DNA of 64,000 nucleotides from Escherichia coli (GTDB lineage Bacteria; Pseudomonadota; Gammaproteobacteria; Enterobacterales; Enterobacteriaceae): NCBI RefSeq assembly GCF_024502345.1, contig NZ_JALDNN010000001.1; one strand, 5' to 3'. Shown piece by piece: positions 55,628 to 64,000 of this stretch (position 1 is its first letter; each line of letters starts with the position of its first letter). The notes under the pieces were generated by a model. It saw only the letters and a program-made list of their open reading frames with translations, ran no database searches and was not told where the DNA came from. The position numbers and the translations under genes were made by a program.

Positions 55628-55677
55628 ACCTTAACCGGAGAATGCCCGCCGCAAGGACGGGCATTGCAGGGGCCAGA

Positions 55678-56882
55678 TTACTGCTGATGTTTAAGGATAA
55701 ATTGACCTTTCGGCGCAACAGGGAAGCCCTGTTCGATGTCGTAAATCACATCACCACGTAAGATGGTTTTCGTGATACGCGCGCCAATGGTACGGCCAAC
55801 ATACGGGCTGACTTTGTGGCGATATTCCAGATCGTCATTGGTAAGAACATAGCTGCTATTCGGCTGAATGAAGACGAAGTCGGCATCTTTTCCTGGGGCG
55901 ATACGGCCTTTTTGCTGCAGACCGAAAATATCTGCTGCGTTAGTCGCCATTAATTTGCCGAACATTGGCAGAGACATTCCGCGTTTCTGTACCGCTTCAT
56001 CGAACATCACGTCCATACAGTTTTGCAGACCGGCAATACCGCCCCATGCTTCCATGATGTTGCCGGCTTTCATTTCCGGAGGGCATGGTGAGTGGTCGGA
56101 AACCAGGCAGTCGATTTCACCGTTAAACAGTTTTTCCCACATGCCTTTCTGGTTTTCCAGATCGCGGATCGGCGGTGAACACTTCGCCAGAGTACCAATT
56201 TCTTCGAACTGATCGGTATCCAGTACAAAGTAATGCGGGCAGGATTCACAAGTAACGTCCTGACCTTCCTGACGTGCACGAGTCACTTCCTCAACACCTT
56301 CCGGGCTGCTGATATGGCAAATGTGCAGACGGCAACCGGCAACTTTCGCCAGATACAGCACGCGGCGAATCGCTTCCACTTCGGTAAATACCGGACGCGA
56401 AGCCACATAGTCATGGGCAGTTACGCGACCTTCACGTTTCGCTTCTTCGCCCAGTGCGTCACAGATCAGCGCGTTTTCGCAGTGCACCAGCACCGGCTGC
56501 CCCAGTTCGCCCAGCTTCTGCGCACCTTTGAAGAACTGCCAGTCGTTTACATCACGGAAGTCGTTGTCGATACCGCGATCGCCACAGGTCGCAACGAAGC
56601 ATTTGAAGCCGACAACGCCCACTTCATCCAGCTCATGCAGACGGTCGATGTTGTAAGACACCAGGCCACCGAGTTGTGCCGCATCGATAGTTAGCTTGCC
56701 TTTAGCGGCATCGAACTTCAGTTCAATTGAAGCGCGGTCAACCGTTGCAGGCAGCTGGTTGAGCGGCATTTCGATCATGGTGGTGATACCACCTTTTGCC
56801 GCTGCGCGAGTACCGGTTTCATAACCTTCCCAGTGGCTACGACCCGGTTCAGAAATATGGGTGTGCGCATCAACCATGCCCG
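55678..56882 (-). pseudogene. allB: allB (allantoinase) 3' fragment, separated from 5' fragment by IS903-like insertion
   Basis: Frame continues from IS junction: ...[43 protein letters not shown]... to ...QFILKHQQ*. Confidence 0.88.
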
Positions 56883-57939
56883 GGCTTTGTTGAATAAATC
56901 AGATTTCGGGTAAGTCTCCCCCGTAGCGGGTTGTGTTTTCAGGCAATACGCACGCTTTCAGGCATACCTGCTTTCGTCATTTTGTTCAGCGCTCGTACCA
57001 GGGCCATAGCCTCTGCAACCTGACCATCGTAGTCACGCAGTGTCAGTGAACCCCCGAACAGCTGTTTTACCCGGTACATCGCCGTTTCCGCTATCGAGCG
57101 ACGGTTGTAATCTGTTGTCCATTTCCACCGCGCATTACTCCCGGTCATTCGCTGATTAGCCACTGCACGGTTACGGTCTGCATATTCACCGGGCCAGTAA
57201 CCCGCACCTTTTCGGGGAGGGATAAGCGCGCTGATTTTCTTACGCCGCAGTTCATCGTGACATAGCCGGGTATCGTAAGCGCCATCGGCGGCGGCTGACC
57301 TGATTTTCCGGTGGGTTTGCCGGATTAACCCGGGGAAGGCCTCTGAGTCCGTAACGTTGTTCAGCGACAGGTCAGCGCAGATGATTTCATGTGTTTTACT
57401 GTCAACGGCGAGATGCAGCTTACGCCAGATACGGCGGCGTTCCTGGCCATGCTTTTTGACTTTCCACTCGCCTTCACCGAAGACCTTCAGCCCGGTGGAA
57501 TCAATTACCAGGTGTGCGATTTCACCCCGGGTGGGCGTTTTGAAACTGACATTAACCGACTTTGCCCGCCTGCTGACACAGCTGTAATCCGGGCAGCGTA
57601 GCGGAACGTTCATCAGAGAAAAAATGGAATCAATAAAGCCCTGCGCAGCGCGCAGGGTCAGCCTGAATACGCGTTTAATGACCAGCACAGTCGTGATGGC
57701 AAGGTCAGAATAGCGCTGAGGTCTGCCTCGTGAAGAAGGTGTTGCTGACTCATACCAGGCCTGAATAGCTTCATCATCCAGCCAGAAAGTTATGGAGCCA
57801 CGGTTGATGAGGGCTTTATTGTAGGTGGGCCAGTTGGTGATTTTGAACTTTTGCTTTGCCACGGAACGGTCTGCGTTGTCGGGAAGATACGTGATCTGAT
57901 CCTTCAACTCAGCAAAAGTTCGATTTATTCAACAAAGCC
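56883..57939 (-). mobile_element. IS903-like insertion sequence, copy 2, with 9-bp target-site duplication
   Basis: 1057 bp; inverted repeats ggctttgttgaataaatc.../...cgatttattcaacaaagcc; direct repeat ccatgcccg at 56874-56882 and 57940-57948. Confidence 0.9.
56939..57907 (-). CDS. IS903-family transposase
   Basis: 322-aa ORF identical to 28865..29833 product. Confidence 0.88.
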   Translation of the reverse strand: MKDQITYLPDNADRSVAKQKFKITNWPTYNKALINRGSITFWLDDEAIQAWYESATPSSRGRPQRYSDLAITTVLVIKRVFRLTLRAAQGFIDSIFSLMNVPLRCPDYSCVSRRAKSVNVSFKTPTRGEIAHLVIDSTGLKVFGEGEWKVKKHGQERRRIWRKLHLAVDSKTHEIICADLSLNNVTDSEAFPGLIRQTHRKIRSAAADGAYDTRLCHDELRRKKISALIPPRKGAGYWPGEYADRNRAVANQRMTGSNARWKWTTDYNRRSIAETAMYRVKQLFGGSLTLRDYDGQVAEAMALVRALNKMTKAGMPESVRIA

Positions 57940-58105
57940 CCATGCCCGGCGAAACCACCAGACCAGACGCATCCATAACTTCTTTTGCATCGCCCAGATC
58001 CTGACCGATAGCAGCAATTTTCCCGCCTTTAACGGCGATATCTACAACGCGAGCTTCGTTTTCTAAAATAACGGTGCCGTTTTTAATGATTAAATCAAAA
58101 GATAT
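57940..58105 (-). pseudogene. allB: allB 5' fragment (codons 1-55); first codon reads ATA
   Basis: Minus strand after SD aggag reads ATA-TCT-TTT-GAT-TTA-ATC ([10 protein letters not shown]...) ending ...VVSPGM at the IS junction. Confidence 0.8.
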
Positions 58106-58164
58106 AACAAACTCCTTGTAAAATACAGATTGGTTTTTAACTCAATGTTCAATATCGGGATTAA

Positions 58165-59619
58165 TTAACCTATGGTTTTTTGCTCTCCTGTTTTTTCTGC
58201 TGTTGTACGTTTCTTTAATAAGGCGTAGGCCGCAAAGGCGACGATGACGCCGACAAACCATGAAACACGCGATAACGGTTCCATTAAGGGAATAAACTTA
58301 CCGCCAAGAGATAAAATAACGGCGACCAGAGTTACTGAAAACGCGGTGAGGTTAAAACCGTTATCGTAATATTTATAATCGCCAGGTGCGGTGTACAGTT
58401 CATCAAGATTAATTTGCCCACGCATCACCACAAAATAATGCGCCATCATGACACCAATTACCGGACCAAGCATTCCGCCGATAATATCGAGGAACAGATA
58501 AATACTGTCCTGATTTTCCATTAATTTCCACGGGCAGATCAGCAGGCTGATAATACTGGCAATCAGTACGCCGTTTTTATAAGTCAGTTTCGTCGGTGCA
58601 ATAGCGGCAATCTGATAACCGGCAGGAATAATATTACCGGTGGCGTTAGTGGAGATAGTCGTCATCAGAATAACCAGTACCGCAAAGAACGAGGTGAACA
58701 AGCTGTCCCAACGCTGAACAATATCCAGCACGTTCCAGGTATCAGCGCCGTAATGAATACTGGCTCCGGCAATAATACATACCCCCGCGACCGCAAACAG
58801 AATATAGGCCACAACTAAACCCAGCGTTTGCCCCAGCGCTTGCTCACGAAACGAGTGGGCGTTTTGCGTAAAGTCGGATGCGCTCACCGCCGGTGCCGCC
58901 CAGACCGCAACTACCGCGTTTATCACCACCAGGAACAGGAAGCCACTGTTTTCTGCTTTCTGAATACCGCTCGGAATGTAGTCAAAGATTGGACCGAGCC
59001 CGACCAGCGAAATCGCCCAAATCGCCATACCGCCGAAAACGATATAGATGCACGGGTTAAGAATGGCAGTGAATTTATTTAAAACTTTGCCACCGCCAAA
59101 ACCTATACCAACGTTGACCAGCCAGAAGAGTAAGAAAGTAATTAAGCCCGGTAGAGAAAGCCCTAACAGCGTGAAATCACCACCGAGAGTTAAAAATCCC
59201 GGCCAGATTTTGCCAATCAGAATCAAGCAGGCCAGTGACCCCGCGTAACATTGCAGGCCAAACCACATAATGGCAGCAATACCGCCTCTTAATAATCCGG
59301 GAAACAGTGCGCCACGTACGCCGTAAGAAGCACGCAGGATCATGGCAAACGGTACGCCGTATTTACTGCCCGCAGCGCCGTTTAATACCATTACCGCGGC
59401 AATGAAAAAGGCGCTGAGGATAATTGCCAGCATAATACTAAAGGTAGACAAGCCGAGAATAAAAAAGCCGCCGACCATCACATAATTGGGAACGTTATGA
59501 ACCGAACCCATCCATAAGGTAAAATAGTTAAATGTTTTCCAGGTCCGCTGGCTTTGCGTTTTCGGCAATAGATCTTCGCTATAGCCGCGTTGCTGGAATA
59601 GTTTTCTCTGATGTTCCAT
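58165..59619 (-). CDS. allP: Allantoin permease AllP (YbbW), NCS1 family
   Basis: 484-aa multi-TM ORF MEHQRKLFQQRGYSEDLLPKTQSQRTWKTFNYFTLWMGSVHNVPNY... Confidence 0.9.
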   Translation of the reverse strand: MEHQRKLFQQRGYSEDLLPKTQSQRTWKTFNYFTLWMGSVHNVPNYVMVGGFFILGLSTFSIMLAIILSAFFIAAVMVLNGAAGSKYGVPFAMILRASYGVRGALFPGLLRGGIAAIMWFGLQCYAGSLACLILIGKIWPGFLTLGGDFTLLGLSLPGLITFLLFWLVNVGIGFGGGKVLNKFTAILNPCIYIVFGGMAIWAISLVGLGPIFDYIPSGIQKAENSGFLFLVVINAVVAVWAAPAVSASDFTQNAHSFREQALGQTLGLVVAYILFAVAGVCIIAGASIHYGADTWNVLDIVQRWDSLFTSFFAVLVILMTTISTNATGNIIPAGYQIAAIAPTKLTYKNGVLIASIISLLICPWKLMENQDSIYLFLDIIGGMLGPVIGVMMAHYFVVMRGQINLDELYTAPGDYKYYDNGFNLTAFSVTLVAVILSLGGKFIPLMEPLSRVSWFVGVIVAFAAYALLKKRTTAEKTGEQKTIG

Positions 59620-59787
59620 AAATCCCTCTTAATTTCACGTATCGAATAACGTTGTTTTAATCTAGCTATGAGGAACAAATAAAATAAAAATATTATTTTT
59701 AATACTGAAGCAACATCTTTGGCTGCTTTCTTTTTTAATATTGCTGGCCGATTCATTTTCTGATATCGGCCATTTTTATTGCGGGTA

Positions 59788-60666
59788 TCAGGCCAGTTTA
59801 TGGTTAGCCATTAATTCCAGCGCCTGCACTAACGCAGAGTGATCCAACTGGCTGCCACCGTTTGCCGCACAGGTATTAAATAACTCCTGGCAGGTCGCAG
59901 TGTTTGGCAGGTTCAGCGCAAGTGCTTTCGCACTTTGCAGTGCCAGGTTGAGATCTTTCTGGTGCAGAGCGATTTTGAAGCCCGGATTAAAGGTGCGTTT
60001 AATCATACGCTCGCCATGAACTTCCAGAATACGTGAGGAAGCAAAGCCGCCCATCAGCGCCTGGCGCACACGTACCGGGTCCGCACCGGCTTTTGAAGCA
60101 AATAGCAGGGCTTCAGAAACCGCTTCAATATTGAGCGCCACAATAATCTGATTTGCCACTTTGCAGGTTTGACCGTCGCCGTTACCGCCCACGAGGGTGA
60201 TATTTTTACCGAGCAGTTCAAACAGCGGTTTAACACGTTCAAATACCGCTTCATCACCGCCAACCATAATCGACAACGTCCCTTCACGCGCACCGATTTC
60301 ACCGCCGGAGACTGGCGCATCGAGATAATCGCCGCCCAGTTCATTCACCTGACGAGCGAAACGCTTAGTTTCAATCGGGGAAATGGAGCTCATATCAACA
60401 ATGGTTTTGCCCTTCAGCGAGGCTTTGGTACAACCATTTTCACCGAACAGAACTTCTTCAACCTGTGGTGTATCTGGCACCATAATAAAAATGATGTCCG
60501 ATGCTTCCGTTACCTGGCGAGCAGTTTCAACACTGACGGCACCCAGTGACAGTAATTCATCAGCAACCGGACCAATGGTTGTGACATGCAGTTGATGACC
60601 GGCACGCGCCAGATTAATGGCCATCGGTGTACCCATAATGCCTAAGCCAATAAATCCCAGTTTCAT
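59788..60666 (-). CDS. glxR: Tartronate semialdehyde reductase GlxR
   Basis: 292-aa ORF MKLGFIGLGIMGTPMAINLARAGHQLHV... NAD-binding Rossmann motif. Confidence 0.93.
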   Translation of the reverse strand: MKLGFIGLGIMGTPMAINLARAGHQLHVTTIGPVADELLSLGAVSVETARQVTEASDIIFIMVPDTPQVEEVLFGENGCTKASLKGKTIVDMSSISPIETKRFARQVNELGGDYLDAPVSGGEIGAREGTLSIMVGGDEAVFERVKPLFELLGKNITLVGGNGDGQTCKVANQIIVALNIEAVSEALLFASKAGADPVRVRQALMGGFASSRILEVHGERMIKRTFNPGFKIALHQKDLNLALQSAKALALNLPNTATCQELFNTCAANGGSQLDHSALVQALELMANHKLA

Positions 60667-60765
60667 AATTAACCTCTTTTAAATTTCGCTTTTCCTGAAT
60701 TCAGACAACACGATCCCCTGCTAACTTAGCGGCCTAAAAAAGCATTGTCTGAATAGCGTTACGTT

Positions 60766-61542
60766 TTAACGGTACGGATCCATCCAGCGTAAACCAGCTT
60801 CCGTGGTGGTTTGGGGTTTATATTCACACCCAACCCAACCGTTGTAGTCAGAGTTTTCAATTACCGTAAAGAGATATTCGTAATTAATTTCTCCGGTTCC
60901 CGGTTCGCCGCGATGCGGATTATCAGCAATTTGCAGGTGACCAATTTTATCGGCCCACTGAGTCATGGTGTTGGTTAATTCACCTTCCATCCGCTGCATG
61001 TGATAAATGTCATACTGAATTTTCAAATTGCAGCAACCAACATCATCAATCAATTTCAGCGCCTGCCGAGTTCCGGTGAGATGGAAACCAGGAATATCAA
61101 AATGGTTAATAGGTTCAATCAGTAATAAAATATCTTCTTTCATCAGCATATTCGCGGCATAACGCAGGTTTTCTACAAGCGTTGCGTGAATCTGTTCACT
61201 GCTGAAACCAGCCGGCGTTTTACCGACCAGACAGTTAATTTTTTTATTCCCCAGCGCACGGGCATAACGAATCGCTGCTGCTACGCCATCCCGAAACTCT
61301 TCTTCACGGCCAGGAATACAGGCAATACCGCGCTCCCCCGCCGCCCAGTCACCCGCCGGTAAATTGTGCAGCGTATGTTCGAGTTTATTACTCGCCAGCA
61401 CCTGTTTTAATTCTTCAATGTCGTAGTCATAAGGAAACATAAATTCAACGCCGCGAAAACCACACTGCGCAGCTTTCTCAAAACGGGCGAGAAAATCATA
61501 TTCTCCAAATAACATCGATAAATTAGCAGAGAAACGTAACAT
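60766..61542 (-). CDS. hyi: Hydroxypyruvate isomerase Hyi
   Basis: 258-aa ORF MLRFSANLSMLFGEYDFLARFEKAAQCGFRGVEFMFPYDY... Confidence 0.93.
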   Translation of the reverse strand: MLRFSANLSMLFGEYDFLARFEKAAQCGFRGVEFMFPYDYDIEELKQVLASNKLEHTLHNLPAGDWAAGERGIACIPGREEEFRDGVAAAIRYARALGNKKINCLVGKTPAGFSSEQIHATLVENLRYAANMLMKEDILLLIEPINHFDIPGFHLTGTRQALKLIDDVGCCNLKIQYDIYHMQRMEGELTNTMTQWADKIGHLQIADNPHRGEPGTGEINYEYLFTVIENSDYNGWVGCEYKPQTTTEAGLRWMDPYR

Positions 61543-61554
61543 TATTTATCTCCC

Positions 61555-63336
61555 TTATTCATAGTGCATGAAGCAGGTTTCAGTCGGTGCGTCCGCTGCG
61601 TTATCGGCGATATCTTCAAATTCCATGACGTTATCCAGTTCGCTGCCCATCGAAATATTGGTCACACGCTCGAGAATAACTTCCACGACTACCGGTACCC
61701 GATATTGCGCCATTAAGGCTTTCGCCTGTTCAAAGGCTGGCGCAATATCTTCCGGTTTGAAGACCCGAATAGCTTTACAACCTAAACCTTCCGCTACTTT
61801 TACGTGGTCGACGCCGTAACCGTTCACTTCGCTGGAGTTAATATTTTCGAACGCGAGCTGTACGCAGTAATCCATATCAAACGCGCGCTGCGACTGGCGA
61901 ATCAGCCCCAGATAAGCGTTGTTGACCAGTACATGGATGTACGGAATGTTGAACTGTGCGCCAACGGCTAATTCTTCAATCAGGAACTGGAAGTCGAAGT
62001 CACCGGAAATCGCCACCACATTGCGTTTCGGATCAGCGGCACAAACCCCCAGCGCCGCCGGAATCGTCCAGCCTAACGGACCAGCCTGACCACAGTTGAT
62101 CCAGTGGCGGTCTTTAAAGACATGCAGCATTTGTGCCGCAGCGATTTGTGACAGGCCAATGGTGGTGACATAACAAACATCGCGACCAAAGGCTTTGTTC
62201 ATCTCTTCATACACGCGCTGCGGTTTCACCGGCACGTTGTCGAAATGGGTTTTGCGCAGCAAAGTGCGTTTGCGCTGCTGGCAGTCGGCGACCCATTCTT
62301 TACGACACGGCAGACGACCCGCTTTTTGCATCTCCTGCGCCACTTCAACCAGCAGTGTCAGCGCCGCTTTAGCATCAGAAACAATGCCGAGATCCGGACA
62401 CAACACGCGGCCAATTTGCGTCGGCTCAATATCGATATGAACGATTTTGCGCCCTTCGGTGTATTTCTCTACCGAACCGGTATGACGGTTAGCAAAACGG
62501 TTACCGATACCAAACACCATGTCGGACGCCAGCAGCGTTGCGTTACCGTAACGATGCGCGGTTTGCAGACCGACCATCCCGGCCATCAGTTCATGATCGT
62601 CCGGGATACAGCCCCAGCCCATCAGTGTTGGGATCACCGGAACGCTGGTCAGTTCAGCAAACTGTTGTAACAGTGCAGCTGCGTCAGCATTGATTACCCC
62701 GCCCCCGGCAACAATCACCGGACGTTCGGCCTGGATTAACATTTCTACAGCTTTTTCGATCTGCATACGGCTGGCAGCAGGTTTGTAGACCGGCAGCGGT
62801 TCGTACATGTCAGGATCAAACTCGATTTCCGCAACCTGAACGTCGAACGGTAAATCCACCAGTACCGGACCCGGACGACCAGAACGCATCAGGTGAAATG
62901 CCTGTTGCAGCACGCGAGGCACCAGCGCCGCTTCACGTACTGTAACCGCCATTTTGCTGACCGGTTTAGCAATTGCTTCAATATCTACGGCCTGAAAATC
63001 TTCTTTATGCAGACGGGCGCGCGGAGCCTGGCCGGTAATGCACAGAATAGGAATGGAATCAGCAGAAGCAGAATAGAGCGCGGTGATCATGTCCGTGCCC
63101 GCAGGACCGGAAGTCCCCAGACATACGCCGATATTCCCTGCCGTTGCGCGGGTATAACCTTCCGCCATGTGCGAAGCACCTTCCACATGACGCGCCAGAA
63201 TGTGACGAATACCGCCATGCTTACGCATCGCTGAGTAGAACGGATTGATTGCAGCTCCCGGAACACCGAAGGCGGTGGTGATACCTTCTTTCTCCAGCAC
63301 ATACATTGCCGCGTCAACGGCTCTCATTTTTGCCAT
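61555..63336 (-). CDS. gcl: Glyoxylate carboligase Gcl (ThDP-dependent)
   Basis: ORF 61555..63426; start at [32 protein letters not shown] (593 aa). Confidence 0.93.
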
Positions 63337-63425
63337 TTTATTCCTACCTCTATTAATTGGAAAAATTTTCCAACTTTCAAATTTTGTCAAAAAAACCCGC
63401 TCCGCAGAGCGGGATGCGACAGACA

Positions 63426-64000
63426 TTATGGATGTGCTTTCAGTCCCAACGCCGTGCTGATATCGCGGGCGGTGTCTCTGACCAGCTCACCCTGACTGAC
63501 AAAACGATCTTCTGTCAGTCTTGATGAAGGCCCGGAGATGGAGATAGCGGCAACAACGCTACCGACATCATCGTAAATTGCTGAAGCTATGCAATTCAGA
63601 CCTACAACATGCTCTTCTTTATCTACGGTATAGCCCAGTTCACGCGCTTGTTCCAGGTCCTTCAGCAAGGTGGGCATATCCACAAGCGTAGTTGGCGTAA
63701 ACTGCTGCAAACCGGTTTGCAGAATGATGCTCATCAACTCCTCTTCCGCCAGCGGATAAAGCAACGCCTTGCCCGCACCGGAAGCATGCAGCGGCAGACG
63801 ACTGCCCAGTGGCGCACACATCCTGACCATCGATTTACACTCTAACTGACCAATTAATACCGCTTCATTGCCGTTACGGATCGCGACATTGACCGTTTCG
63901 CCGGAAAGTAACATCAGACGGCGCATAAACGGCCCGGCGACGGAGAGGACATCGCGGTTATGGATGTACGCCGCACCGACGTTAAAGACACCTAATCCTA
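63426..64000 (-). CDS. allR: Allantoin-pathway repressor AllR (IclR family), C-terminal portion; N-terminus beyond window end
   Basis: Minus-strand frame open to window end; IclR-type effector domain sequence ...[45 protein letters not shown]... Confidence 0.8.

Overview
This window is an Escherichia coli chromosomal segment, K-12-like in gene content and order but read in reverse relative to the standard map, running from fes (truncated at the window start) to allR (truncated at the window end). Identification is by recognition of the translated ORFs and of IS end sequences from memory; no database search was run. Gene order: fes, fepA, entD, tandem hok loci with IS186, ybdK, ybdJ, ybdF, nfsB, ybdG, pheP, cusCFBA and cusRS, nfrB, nfrA, ybcH, envY, a degraded prophage at tRNA-Arg (argU), fimZ, IS1, folD, ybcJ, ybcI, cysS, ppiB, lpxH, purEK, arcC/ybcF, ylbF, ylbE, fdrA, and the allantoin/glyoxylate cluster (allDCE, glxK, ybbY, allB, ybbW, glxR, hyi, gcl, allR). 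The core genes look ordinary; the interest lies in the accessory and rearranged parts. (1) An 8.6-kb prophage remnant is bracketed by argU and a 45-bp copy of its 3' end. It holds a truncated ompT, four IS elements (IS903-like, an IS3 fragment, an IS2-like element, IS1), a CI-like repressor with putative operators, uncharacterised small genes and an integrase remnant. The two small genes after the repressor sit where lambda carries rexAB and are the best candidate here for an undescribed exclusion/defence module. (2) Two diverged hok toxin loci lie in tandem, one intact and one split by IS186. (3) nfrB has an in-frame TAG in its N-terminal extension. (4) allB is interrupted by an IS903-like element with a 9-bp target duplication. 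(5) The sfm fimbrial operon expected between fimZ and folD is absent and an IS1 sits there. No CRISPR array or rRNA gene was seen.
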